A DNA stretch of 62,827 bases, filler included, from Sphacelaria rigidula (GCA_964200075.2; 10 parts of 10 records of this genome joined end to end with filler, not necessarily neighbours in it); one strand, 5' to 3'. Positions 12,712-26,560 are shown, counted from the first letter of the whole stretch. Numbers and translations: made by a program. The notes: generated by a model not told the origin, from the sequence alone.

Positions 12712-15700
12712 GCCCAAGCAGCAAGCATGTTCTCGACATTTGTGTGACTGTCTTCCTGGGCTGACCGCCGTGAAAGGTTGCGATGCTGCAACCAGGCTGA
12801 AATTTGTCTGACCCGCGGTCACTTTCGAATATGGCAAACGAAGTCGACAACGGTATGGACGTTGCGAACCCCGGCGTACCTGCTGCGTAACCGTGTTGGT
12901 CGTAGGAAGACACCCATTGGCAGCAAGAAAATAACTGCGCCTCACTACCCAAGCTATACCCGATATTCAAGCAATGCTGAAAAGGACCACGCTCGCTGAA
13001 GGGAGTCAAATCCATGTTCAACCTTGCTCGAGTGTCTACCCAATCATGTGATGATCAAACTGTACACTAAACTGAAGCAGTCTAATTCTACACTAAGTTC
13101 AAGTAGTTGATGATTACACCGAGATCAAGTTGTTCACGAGTACACAAGTCAAGTAGTCCACCGCTATACTAAATTCGAGTAACTAGCGCAGGCTCGCCGC
13201 CCCGCGCCCAACCCCCCCTGACGAACCCCCTTTTTCCTTTTTTGCCTCGATTTTTTTAACGTTGGGGGGTTATGTTCCTTTTGAAAAGAAAATGAACCAC
13301 CCTGATCCCGATTTTTTCATAACGTGATGACTTTGACTCACCTCTTGAACCGATGTACCACTTGTACCCATGTGACGTCTCGCCGATGCACGGTTCCGAT
13401 TTATCGTGACATGCAGTTCCCAACGCGTGGGAGGTGGAGTGCGGGGAAGATTGCTCTGTCGAGGAGTGTTGCCAGGTGAGTCGAGTGGAGGATTCAATTT
13501 TTTGACCTCCTGTCGAGATGACTACCGTAAAATGATGTCACCCTTTTACCCCGCACAATGAAGTTGGCCCTTCACCCGGCTCACAAGGTAGTATTGCCGC
13601 GGAGGTCATGAGACCATGTGGTTGAAAATGGATGAATTGTAGGAGCTGATGAACATGGAGTTTGAGATTTCGCGAGCTGCGAATTGACGGGCGAAGCCTC
13701 CCCTGACGCTTTGTCGTTCCGTTGCAGGCTTTCTGCTGGGGCTACGCGTGTCCCAGCGGCTTCATCCCCGACCCCGAGACAAGCCAGCGCATGTGCGGCG
13801 ACGGGGGCTGCAACGACGAACAGTGCTGTATGAGACACGCCGGCACTGACCCGGACGGCAACAACCTCGAAGGCCCGCTGTGCAACAGGTACGTCGATGA
13901 TTTCCCCTCAGAATCGGGTCCGTTGACGCCAAGATGTTGCGTTGGTGATGAAATATACTTCACTGCGCCTTACTCGCGCACTGGTCATTATGTAATAGTG
14001 TGATCGCGGCCCCCTGCAAAAAAAGGTGTCGCACCCACGATCTCCTGTGCCGTCCGCTTTCAATGTTTTCCGTCTTTGGGTTGCAGCATCGGTTGCCCCG
14101 GGGGATTCATCCCGATCGAACAAGCATGGCTTGTCGAGTGCGACGGCGAGCCGTGCACCGTCGACCAATGCTGCGTCGCTCACGGAAACCCCCCCACCAT
14201 TCCTGATGGTCCCGGGGGACCTGGGCCTGATGGTGGCGCGGGGGGACGCTTTTGCAACTTGTAAGTATGGAAATGATGGATGTGCATCAAATGGATTGGT
14301 TGAACTGGTCGTGCAGTACACCATGACTCGACTCGAGAAGCATCAGACGAGTCTTGCGTTGAGCGAGACGTTTTCACGGGCATGTGGGGGCTGGATTCTG
14401 GATGGGGATACAGCTGCCACAGTTTGAACATTTCGCCGACAAGGGTGTGTGATTTTGTTCTAGATACGCCCCCATACCGACCCGTCGAATCTCTGAGGGA
14501 AACCCCGAGCAGGCGATCCCACATATTAATAGTTGAACTCAAGCCCTATTACTGTCCTGTCCTCTTGTTCGACTCCCTCAGCATTGGCTGCCCCGACAGA
14601 TACATTCCGATCCCGAACGCCTGGGAAGTGGAGTGCAACGGCGACTGCTCCGTCAACCAGTGCTGCGAGGTGAGGGGCACAGAGTTGCGCTGTAGCTCCC
14701 GTGCCATCGTTGAAAAAAATGCGGACCAAACAAGTAGGCCTCCATGTGTTCCCGCGCGTCTACCGTTTGTAGCGCTGACGCTCTCGCCTTTGCTCGGACA
14801 CTCCCGATGTTTCATGTTCTCGATGACGGTACAGTCCTTCTGCTGGGGCCACCCCTGCCCCAACGGGTTCATCCCCAATCCCGAGACCAACGACCGGAAG
14901 TGCGGTGAAGGTGGCTGCAACGACGAACAGTGCTGCATGCGCCACGCTGGCTTCGACCGTGACGGAAACAACCTGGAGGGCCCATTGTGCAACAGGTGAC
15001 AGTTCCGTCAGCATGTGTGGGGTTCCCTTCCGAGCTAAATTCCAAGTTTCAGTTTGCGCCTTTTCAATCATTATGATGTGTCAACTCAAACTGCGCAGCG
15101 TAAAAAGTCGGATGCTCATCCCTGGACCCGTCCACCGTCGCCCCGTATGTCTCGTTCGCAGCATCGGCTGCCGCAACGGCTCCATCCCTGTGATCGACGC
15201 GCAGTTCATCGAATGCGGCGGAGGCGTGTGCACGCAGGAGGAGTGTTGCGAGGTCGGTCCATTTCTTTGTAGACCCGGACGATATTGTGAACGTTGCGAA
15301 TCGATCCGTCGGGGACAGCTGAACGTCTTACTCTGCAATTTCTCCACGCGTATCGCATTATGTCCGAAAATGCTGCGTACTTGTGCGGTGGGCTTCTTGT
15401 CCGAACGCCGAAGACCGACGGTGCGGGCCGACTGACTTGTTGACAAACCATTGGAATACTGGGGAATCATACGTTATGTTGATGTGACGCATACCCCTTC
15501 CCTCTTTCGTTTATGCCACGCACGGAATACAGGCTTTCTGCTCGTTCCACCCGTGCCCCAACGCCTTCACGCCCATCCCGATGGCCAATGTCACCATGTG
15601 CCCGGAAACCGTTTGCACGACGGATCTGTGCTGCGAGGTAATTTTAGAGCTGAGCGAGTGTAACCCATCCTTCTCGGGAGTTATGGATCTGTACCGTAGC

Positions 15701-16268
15701 ATTTGTACGAGACAAATCACCAGAAATTAATCCCGCATTGCCATAACTTTGACGCCAAAAAGATTCGTTCAACCTGTGGGTGCCGCCGAGTTGATTTGTC
15801 AACCCACAGTAGGCCACCTGTCAATGAACGTCACATTCACATGACAAAAGTACGCATAATCTGGACGGACTAAAATCCTCGTGGTCTAAGGGGTCAATCT
15901 TGATATTGTGCCGTCGTGATCGACGCAGGCTCTTTGCTCTGGATTCGCCTGCCCCAACGGACTGATTCCCATTCCTGATGCGCAAATGGTGAGGTGCGAC
16001 GGCGACATGTGCACTCCGGAGCAATGCTGCACCACGGTAAGGGACCCGTCAAGCACCACTGTTGGAATCTTTCAGCACATCTGCGCTCATTTTTGATGGG
16101 ATCCCGCCTCAAGCGGCGATATGATTAAGCTTCGGCGGACAACCTGCCGTTATCTCATGCGGGTGCTTGTTCAAAGGTGTACCACCCGTGTATTTACACT
16201 CATCGCTTGACCGCTTGATGATGCGCGTTGTTCATGCAACCGTTTCGATCGAATAACCGCAGGTGTGA
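12712..16268 (+). CDS. Cysteine-rich tandem-module protein (8 six-Cys repeats), 5'-partial, 10 exons
   Basis: GT-AG exons with compatible phases: 12712-12776, 13417-13475, 13728-13888, 14087-14260, 14582-14669, 14835-14995, 15162-15252, 15533-15637, 15929-16036 and 16263-16268 (V-stop). The spliced frame is open for about 338 aa. Module consensus is C-x4-C-P-x-G-F-x-P-x-P-x-A-x4-C-x3/4-C-x4-CC. The first and last exons are the least certain. Confidence 0.85.
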
Positions 16269-18694
16269 CGGGGAGAGCATTGGAGAGCCTGCAGCGAGGG
16301 ACGTGATGAGTTCCCGGCGCTCGCGGGATTGTGACGGCGTTCCTAGAAAAATAGAGAGCTAGTGTGGTGTATGAAACTTGTGTGATGTCGTTCATTTTTT
16401 ATCCTGGAATGGGTCACAGGCCAAGCTGAAGCGGATACTTACAAAATGAGTACATGTTCATCGACGTTCGGATGTTAGATTTCGACGTTGCTTCGATGTT
16501 TGCTCCAAAAGCGGAGGATTGGTAGAACAAGGAAAAAGGCAAAATGAGGAAACCTACGAATTATAGTCTTGTGCTTCGTGTTCGGGTGTAAAAATTGAGT
16601 GTGTGTCTCGTCGGTCCTCAACCAAGTGTTGCGGTGTACTTTTTGGTTTTGTTCTTTAATTTCGCGATGGGTTCGATCGTTTTCGGTTGAACCTGGTAGT
16701 CGTTCCTCATTAGTTACGGGGGTGGAGAGAATTGGGAATGGGTAAAGAATGTATGCCTGTCGATGATTGCGCGCGAAGGTGGCGATACTCATTGTGACAG
16801 TGGTTGTAAAGTATATCCGCTTTTTGAGGGTTTTGTCCATTCGGGGTCTCGAGACGTTATGCGAGCCGGCCAGTGATGTGAGATTATGCATGTTGATTTG
16901 CAACTTGGTTTTCTAGCGGTTCATTACGGGGTGGTTGCGCACCTCACTTGATATCTCGCACTCAGCGTGCGTTAATTTCTACGTCACTTGTGGCGATTAT
17001 TTTGCGAGTTGGCAGTTTATTCAAATTGATATTGTTCACCATATACTTCTGGATATCGGTTGCGTATCGTCTATCCGAACCCGTGGACCATGGCTGTGTA
17101 TACAGCATGGATACACAACCTCCTCAGCCCCACTACTCCCGTCGACAGTAACGAGTTCGACCGCTTACACATCATTTTCTCGTTGATAATCTGACCGCGA
17201 TATTGTTCTTGATACGTGGAAGATGGAGGGAGACGTGTCGAGGACTAACACTTGCACTCGAAACAATATGTTCGAGGTGCCCTCCACAAAACCCACTATT
17301 ATTTCCCTGATAGCTCGCCACTGCTCCGGTTGCTATTGCCGAGTAGGGATTATGCAAATATATGTACGAGTATAGGAGCCAACTGTTTTCGAATCGCATA
17401 CCGTGACACAGCGTAAACACAAGCCTCGAAGTAAGCACAGTATGACAAGTGCACAGCATCCGAATGTCTCCCGGTGGAACGTGAGCATTGATCCCAACTC
17501 TGCGCACTGTGTACAGCGGATGCACTCCTAACGATGTAACAAAATGCATCAAACCTCAAAACCTGCGAAATGAATGATACACCTGCCAGCGCATTTTTTC
17601 CGTTCGCTTCACCAAATGAAGAGGTGAAGAAGTGGACAAGGCGTCCCATTTGTTCATTGTCGACTACACTGCGGAGTATGCAGACACCTGAATTCATTGA
17701 GGCATATTATTTTAAAAATGTATATGATGAGAGCATGACGTGATCGTGTATCCCACTCAAAACGTCCCCGCCTCCTTTCCGACGCCCTCACACGATGTAT
17801 ACCGCTTAGCTGCAAATTTCGACGCGCACTATGTAAACGGCGTACACCGGAGAAGTTGGCTCCACTGCGGCGATTGGGCATGAGTGCTTTTTTTGTTGGC
17901 CCTATTCTCCGAATCATCCATTCGTCGCCCGACTCCGTGGCACAAATGAAGAAACACCATGAGTTGGTACCGCTTCGGTGCCCAACTTGTTGCATTTCTT
18001 GCGTGGTGTGTGGTATGTGTGGTTTGTGCAGAGTGGTGCGTGGTGGGGACACTTTCTACGATAACCCCCACGAAAAGTGGCTGGTTTGGGAAGGCAAGGA
18101 CAATAACTTAACGTAAATCGTATTAGAAGAAAGCCGGGCACAACGAGCAGCTGGGAATTCCAGTGCTTGAGATCGTTTTCGCTTATGTCGCCCACATGAG
18201 GCGCTCCATGCAGCCCGAAAACAAAAATCAGGCGCTGTATGACCTTTTTTTTCGTGACAGTTTTGGGCTGTTTTTGTTGCGGGGGGGCTATCGTGGAAAG
18301 TGCCAGAGGTGGTGGGCAGCGGGGTGATTGGCGATGGACGGAGGCAATTTTTAGAAAAGCGGACGATGTGTTGTCTTACCCCCGACTAGTGTTCCGAATG
18401 CTATTCGCTTTGGTAGCCGTCCGTCCGCTTGTCGACCCAGGGCTCCCGCGAACAGCAGTCATCGTTGCCGGACAATGACTTCGGCACTTTGGCATCCGAT
18501 CTTCTTGAGGGCCTGTGCATATGACAGCTGTCGGTATGTGCCGCGCACTCGGCGGTACTCGATGACTCACAGGAGGAGCCGGTAGTGCACCTTACCGATG
18601 TGTATCGAAATCGGATCGAGTATCGATATCCGATTTTCAACACTGGTTATGGCAATGGCATCGGTCGCTGGCCCGGGATATCACGATTCGTTTT

Positions 18695-18751
<57 letters not shown>

Positions 18752-19940
18752 ACCCGCCCAGAGACCGGGGGGGGGGAGGCANNNNNNNNNNNNNNNNNNN
18801 NNNNNNNNNNNNNNNNNNNNNNNNNTTAATTAATTAANNNNNNNNNNNNNNNNNNNNNNNNNNNNNNNNNNNNNNNNNNNNAACCCGACGTGCTCCGTCC
18901 CGGCTTTGTAGGGATGCGAGGTCAACGGCTTCATGACGACAGCATGCAAGATCATGAGTACACCCACCTACTCCAAGCAAAAAACAACATGAACTTACCC
19001 GAGGATTTCTGCTCCCACCTCATTCTCATGTGTGGGCAGGTACTACATGCCGCAAAGGCGAGCAATAGACCTGGCATAGAGGGGATGGCTACGGAAAAAA
19101 GCAAGCAGACCGCGTGCCAACGGTGATGGTGAAAAACAAATAGGATAAAAAAAAAAAAAACACTGATAAAAATGAATTATTCAGACGCTCCGGAAGAACC
19201 TCCACTGCTCTGTTGCTTGCGAATGGGCTACAACTTGGTGTGGGGGATAGAGTAGAACATGACATGATATGGCATGGCAAAATATGACATGAGAAGAGAA
19301 GCGTTATCAGTGGTCAACTTCATCCATGTAATGAGACAGAGACAGCGTACAATACACACATCGCACATCTGAGATATCAGCCAATCTTCATTAGATACGG
19401 CATTCGTCAAGGGGTATTATTGTAATGGGATTGTTGTTTCAATTCAGACTTTTCTCGATTTTTTTTTTCTGGCATCTCGAAAGGAACAAATGCTGAAAGA
19501 AAATCCGACGCTAGATATTCAAAACAATCTACAGTCAGCCTTGAATTCATACAGTAGTTAGGATTTATGCTCTCACGTTTCGGAGAAGAGTTCTTTTTCC
19601 CCCAAAAAACGAAAGCGGAGATTTCGTCTGAAGGAAACGTCCCATTAGTAATGCTCCTAGACCCCATACGCGTTCTACGTAGCCTAGATATACTGGTGGG
19701 AACGCACATGAACATTATGTGGAGTATGACTGTGCTGCGCGCGAAAGCGAGCCGATGTCCTGCCGGTTGGATTGCACCACAATGGCTGCCCCATGGTTTG
19801 CGAGAGAAAACGCTAGGATGGGGAAGATCTCGTCTGTGTGTTGGTGTAGACTCATGGCAGTAAAGTTCTTCACGCCATATCTATCAATCAAGATCAAGAT
19901 AGGAACAGTTGTCTGCCCCTAATTTGCACGATAGGCCACA

Positions 19941-20088
19941 GCTGAGTCATGTTTCATAATGACGAAGGGTTTTCGACGCAGGGAGTAAGGCTGAGTCATG
20001 TTTCATAATGACGAAGAACGTTCGACGCAGGGAGTAAAGCTGAGTCATGTTCCAGAATGACGAAAGACTTTTCGACACAGGGAGTAAA
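19941..20088. repeat. Tandem repeat of about 50 bp, 3 copies
   Basis: gctgagtcatgtttcataatgacgaag....ttcgacgcagggagtaa occurs three times. Confidence 0.85.
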
Positions 20089-20504
20089 AATAGTTTCTTG
20101 ACAATGCTTGACAAGGGTATAGTGATTATGAGCGTACAGACGAGTACAATAGTCCCCTCCCCAAACAAATTTCCGGCAGGGTGTGTACAACGACAACAAC
20201 AACAACAACAACGACGACGACGACGACGACGACGACAGCGACAGCTAAGTCGCCGGAAGACTTGACTATATCAGGTGTAGATCCTTTTCGCCCACCCGTC
20301 CGACACTCAAGTAGCCAACTTCTTGACCTGCACATTTTCCCGCGTGATTCCTTGCCCCGTTATGTTGTGTGCCGTACAACAAGTATCCCGTCTCCCTCCC
20401 CCCTACCCCCCCCCCCCCCCGCAAACACGAAAATGACACGATTAAGCTCAAGGAGCAGGCTCTATGTCTACAACAGAAAAAGTCAACATACCTCAAAACT
20501 TTGC

Positions 20505-21150
20505 ACATCCTGGAGCAATACAATATGATTCCAGTATATATTAGTCCATCATATTGGACTATCGCGATATATTTCCGGCGTAATATGGAGGTGTACCCTT
20601 GGACTCCAACTATTGCGCGCCCAAAGTATACATTTGTGTCGCGGGACTACAAACATATTACCCGTCTATTACATACTGGGACCGTGGGAGAGCACACATA
20701 TTGCCCCATCAATATATATAAATACATATATATTGGGGCAGTGTGAGCGAAGACAAATTGCACGGCTAATATATATAGTAGGGTCGCATTTGTGAGAACA
20801 TTTTGACTGGTCAATATATATTGGGGCCGTATGGGTGTGAACATATTGTCCGGCCAGGGTATCAACGCCAGTATATATGAATATATATATATAGGGGTAG
20901 CGTGTGTTACAACGTATCGCCCACCCACTATACATTGGGTGGCGCATCGCATTTGTGAGAACATATTGACTGGTCAGTATATATTGGGGCCGTATGGGTG
21001 TGAACATATTGTCCGGCCAGGGTATCAACGCCAGTATATATATATATATATATGTATATATAGGGGTAACGTGTGTTACAACGTATCGCCCACCCACTAT
21101 ACATTGGGTGGACGCATCGATGTCGAGTATATATTCCACCAAACCATATT
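20505..21150. mobile_element. MITE-like element rich in aatatatattg motifs, with an internal ~165-bp tandem duplication
   Basis: Left end catcctggagcaatacaatatg resembles the (c)accctggacaatac termini at 22091 and 24100. 20783-20945 is duplicated at 20946-21112. Confidence 0.6.
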
Positions 21151-22090
21151 ATCGAAGTACTGTACTCTGCACCGTCCAGAACGTCATGCCGCTCGACGAA
21201 TCTCTGAGTGTAATTCACAGCCACAAATGTGTCAATATTTTGTTGGCGTGCAGGACGGTTATACGATAGTTATACGAGAGCCATTTCGGATCATTCTCAG
21301 AAGAAAACAAAAAAGTAGGCGGGAGTGTTGCGTTGTCCCATCGGGATATTTCGGAGTATTTTTCGAGGGAAACGGATCCGATTCATTAATTACCCGACCC
21401 TTTGGCTGTGAGGTTACGCGTCGGATGATGGATCGGCATCCCTTTTAATTGAAAGAACGTCGTGACCCAGGGCCAGCAAATAAACCAGGAACGTTGGAGG
21501 TACATTTCAAGCTCGAAGTTTCCGTGTTTATTTTTTTTACCGTGAATTACTGTTATATATACCGGGAGCCTCGAGTTTGAGATACCTCTGTTGCGTATGA
21601 GCCAGTCAGCTATCAGGGTATGTACTATTTTGTGGCGAATGGCTCTCAGCTGTCCACGGGAAAATATTCATCTGTGGCTTTCTACTCCCTGCAGACCCCC
21701 CCCCCCTCCACCGCATGACGAAAGAGCGAGGCGAATGTTTGCGGCAGAAAAAGGCCCACCAAAAACAGCAGAAGATGGACTCAATTTTGAGTAGAGCTGG
21801 TCGGCCGACCGCTAGAGGCGAGCATGATAGTGGTTCGACACGGTCAGACAATGGGGGCACTTGTGGGATCCTCGGAGGGGTCGAGGGACAACGACTGTCC
21901 CGTCTTGCCGCGCCAACCGGTTACGGCAGCCCGTGCAGCGGAGGCCGTCAAGACAGGAATCGCCAACATCGCGGTCCTGCGGGGACGTCGGCTCTGCAAG
22001 ATCTCGCCAACCTCGACGGCCATGGTATGTTACTGAACCTTGAAGGCCATGCCATGTTATAAGTGTCGTGTACGCTTTGAAAAAGATCAC

Positions 22091-24920
22091 ACCCTGGACA
22101 ATACAGTATGTCATATATATTGCCCGCTCAATATGTCGACGCATCGGGTGGTCAACATAGATTGGACGAGCAATATCATGGCACGAGAGAGGGTCAATAT
22201 ATATATATATATATATATATATTGTGCCATCAATATGTCAAGGCCCACGACATTCAATATATATCGACCGAACAGTAGATCACGACACGCACCACTTCAA
22301 TATATATTTGCCGAGTAATATTTTGGTGCGAGAAAGCACCAATATATATTTTTCGAGTAATATATTGGCTGCCACACGAGGTCAATGTATATTTATGATT
22401 CAATGTCCTCAACACCCGAGGCGTCAAAATATATTGCCGCCCCAATATGTCGTGCGTCAATGCGTCCAATATATATTGGGCGAACGATACACGAGGGAAC
22501 CGACGGTCACAATACATATTGGTGCAGCAATATATTCTGATTTTCAACATGTAGATTGGAAAGTGTTTTGGAATTAGTGTGGTGGGCAACTATATGTTCG
22601 CGGGCGCCATTGAATGATGTGTCACCACATGCCGGAAACGCTCAATATATTCCTCCGCAAGTGTGTTCGATATATATTGGCTGGACAACAGCTATGCGAT
22701 GAGCGTGCGCAATATATATTGGAAAAACAATACTCTTGCATGGTTTTGCGTTCAATATATAGTATGGTAACAATATGCTACGCATAGCTTCGATTCAATA
22801 TATATGGACACTTTAATACATATACGGCCGGCATGCACAATATATATTGAATGTTTTATTCCCGGAGCAAATGCATATCCAATAAAGATGTCGTACATTA
22901 TTTCATGATCATGACAGGAGCAATATATGTTGTTGCTTCAATGTCTCCGAGGACATCTCAATACAATATACATTGAAAGGACAATATTTGAGAACATATT
23001 GGAACATATTGTATTGTCCAGGGTATAGGCAACACAGCCCCGGTGACCACAGGGGTACCAAAAGGCGCATATCGACCCGCGTTTTCTGTCATCGTGATGT
23101 TTAGCCAAGATATTTAATTACATGCTGTGAAGGGGATGGGCGATTTCGCACAAGTGGCTAGATAGGTATCAGAAGGCGTATATACCGGGTCGCCTCTTCT
23201 GTCACCATAGTTTCTGACCAGTGTATAATATATATATATATATGTCAGCGCATTCGACAAATTCCGTAGTAATGCACGCGGACTTCTGCGGCTCCCTTTT
23301 AAGCTTTTCCCAATCTGGACGGGCTCCGGCATCCATCGCATCTAGACCTTTCTTAAAGCATACACCATTATTATAACATTCAATATATATTGACCGGCCG
23401 ATACATTAGCACCCACGCAGACCCAATATATATATATATATACTGACTGGTCAATATGTTTTCATTAATGCGACTCTAATATATATTGGTCGTCCAATAT
23501 GCTGTCGCCCACGCTATCCCAATATATATTGATGGGACAATATGTGTTCAACCCCACAGCACCAATATATATTGGGCGGGCAATGTGTATGCAGTCCCGC
23601 GACATCAATATATATATTGGGCGCGCAATACGTTTGCAGTCCAAGGGTACCAATATATATTACGCCGGCAATATATCGCAAAATTCCAATATGATCAGCC
23701 AATATGTATTGGGAACATTTTGTATTGTCCAGGGTGTAAGAAAGATCCGGACGCGATGGATGCCACGGGCCGCACAGATCGGGAGAAGCTTAAAAGGAAG
23801 CCGCGGAAGTTCGCGTGCATGGCTACGGAGAGTTGACGAATGAGTTTGATATATATATATATATATATATATACTGGTCGAAAAATATGGTGACAGCAGA
23901 GGCGACCCGGCATATATGCCTTCTGATACCTATCTGGCCGCCGGTGCGGTGCCGCCCATCCCCTTCACAGTATGTGGTATATATTGGCTAAACAGTACGA
24001 CCGCAGACAACGTGGGTCGATATGCGACTTTTGGTACCCCTCTGGTCACCGGTGCTGTGTTGCTCATATATATATATATATATATATACATATATATATA
24101 CCCTGGACAACACAATATTTTCCTAAATGATACCAATACTTTATATTGGAGACTGCGCAAATGGTATCCTTTCAACATATATCGTGTTGAGATGTCCTCC
24201 AAACAGTGAAGCAACAATACCTACAGTATCTCTCGTGTTATGATCGTGAAGTAAGGCATGAAAATATATATATATACATATATATATTGGACATACACTT
24301 GCTCCGGGAGCGAAGCATTCAATATTTTTGTGGATGCTGGCCGTGTATGAATTGAAGTGTATCAATATATTGTGAGTCGAAGCGATGCGTAACATATTGT
24401 TGCGAAAATATATTGAACACAAACCATGCCAAAGTATTTTTTTCCCAATATGTATTGCGCACGCTCATCGCATAACGTTTGTGTACGAGTAGCAAATATG
24501 AATATAAATATACATTGGACACGCTCGCGGAGGAATATATCGAGCGTCTTCGGCAGCTGGTGATCCATCTTTAAATGGCAGCTGCGAGCGTAAAACTGTC
24601 CACCATACTAATTCCTTTACACTTCTCAATAAACATATTGAATCATCAATATTGTAGACCTCGTGTGACAGCCAATAAATTACTCGACATATATATGTAT
24701 ATTGGCGCCTTGCCGCACCAACATATTACTCGTCCAATACATATATCTTGAGGTGGCACATGTTGTGATATATTGTTCGGTCGATATATATCGCATGTCG
24801 CGAGCCTTGACATATTCATGACAAAATATATAGATATATTCACCCGTCTCTCGTGCCACCATATTGCTCGCCAAATATAGAGTTTGAATACCCGACGCGT
24901 CGACATATTGAGCGGGGAAA
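22091..24920. mobile_element. Large imperfect inverted repeat (foldback-like), arms about 1.2 kb
   Basis: 22120-23356 is the diverged reverse complement of 23737-24917. The termini accctggacaatac / gtattgtccagggt occur near 22091, 23026, 23735 and 24100. Confidence 0.8.
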
Positions 24921-25319
24921 AAATATAGGGCAATGGCCTAGAAAAGGTATACCTTCTGGTTTTTTGCCTAAAAAGGATACGAAAAATGACCAGAAACGCG
25001 AAAACAGCCAAACATGCCATTTTGATCGTTTTCGCTCCGGATTTTTCACGCACATCATTCGGGAGAGCCATTGGNNNNNNNNNNNNNNNNNNNNNNNNNN
25101 NNNNNNNNNNNNNNNNNNTTAATTAATTAANNNNNNNNNNNNNNNNNNNNNNNNNNNNNNNNNNNNNNNNNNNNATTCACTGATTGACCGCTTTTCACTC
25201 TCAATCGTATCATCTACTCTCAATCTCACGAGAACACTGTTAGTTGTGGTGCTGCCCGGTGATACCGCGCTGGACTGTACCGCATCGTCGTTCAGTAATA
25301 CTTTTTTTTGTAACGTCAG

Positions 25320-25533
25320 CCATTTCTTTGTGTGCTTTGTGTTGGCTTTTCTATTACTTTTTTTGTTTGGACTTAGTCTGTTATGTCGTTCTGTTGAACT
25401 TTTTTTTTTCTCTTCCTTCTTTTCTTCAGAGCGTGTTTCAGTTTCAGTTTTCTTGGGTACGTCTATCATGGGACCACGGCTGGACCCTCGGAGGGTCAGT
25501 TAAAGTGCGACAATCAATCAATCAATCAATCAA
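25320..25533 (+). mobile_element. 3' end of a retroposon with a (CAAT)n tail
   Basis: Ends ...ggagggtcagttaaagtgcgacaatcaatcaatc. The same terminus occurs at 1928-1958. Confidence 0.65.
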
Positions 25534-26223
25534 TACTACGGTAGGTATGGTATGGCACATTCAACTCATTCCTCGGGTGTACTATTTTGTACCGAGCGAC
25601 ACCCCACTCCTTCAGAAATGACCTTCGATATAAAAAACCATGCAACCCTTCACACGGCGGACGGATCAGCTCGTGACAGATCCGGGTCAGCTCATTTGGG
25701 GCATAGATCATGATCTGTCCGAGGTGTGCTGTCACCCGTGCACGTTTGTCCGATGCTGATCCGTAGGACCCACTTGACCCGTCCATATTTGCCGAGCGAC
25801 GAGTTGTACGATCCGCTTCAAACAAACACTTTCGTGTACAACTGATGTGTAGAACTGTGTCATCTGTACAATATCACATAGTTGTGATTTATATCACTCG
25901 GGTCAGGCAAGCACGGTAGCTTGTCGTCAACCCGCACGATTTGAATATCATGTACACCAAAAGCTACCCCTTACCTGTGGAATCCGAATCTAGTGTACGA
26001 AAAACACTTTCCCACGCCCGTAAGATCCGGATCAGGTATGCAAGAAAAAAATATTCAGCTCTCTCCGAGAGTGCCCCAAAAAAAACCCTCCGGTACCCTA
26101 TGTAACCCCCCCCCCCCCCCCCCTCCGGCGGTCAATGGTCTTATGACTATGGCATGATGGTCATGAGTACACCCCCTCCGGCGGTCATGAGTACACCCTG
26201 CGGCGGTCGTAGTGTTTTGTTTC

Positions 26224-26560
26224 TTTTCACAGTAAGAAACACTCAATATACAGCAATTTTAGGGCGACTTGGGTGAGGTATCGCCCATGGCTGTTGGCCC
26301 TATCTGCCACCACAATACTGGACGCAAATTGGCGGTGCAGATAGATGCGCTAAGCCCGATTTAGCAAGCATTGCAGATCATTGTGGCATTTGTCTCGTCT
26401 TGTTCTTGTCGTGGAAGTGTGATGTGCACTGTAGTGTCGAAACTCATGGATATAACTCGGCGTTGACTCCGAAGGTATGCGAAAAATGAAAGCTCCATTA
26501 ACACGAGCTTTTATTCTTTATATACTTTTATTTTATTTTATTTATGGATGAGATTTAGTT
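26224..26560 (+). repeat. Interspersed repeat family B (SINE-like, T-rich tail)
   Basis: A reverse-complement copy at about 31000-31367 ends in a (TTTTAC)n tail. Confidence 0.75.

Noticed and set aside
18585..18837. Poly-proline ORFs (also 45933-46494) and ORFs ending in LIN
   Set aside because: They come from poly-C runs and the artificial linker.
19941..20088. Possible CRISPR-like array
   Set aside because: Three head-to-tail ~50-bp units with no unique spacers, no cas genes and a eukaryotic context.
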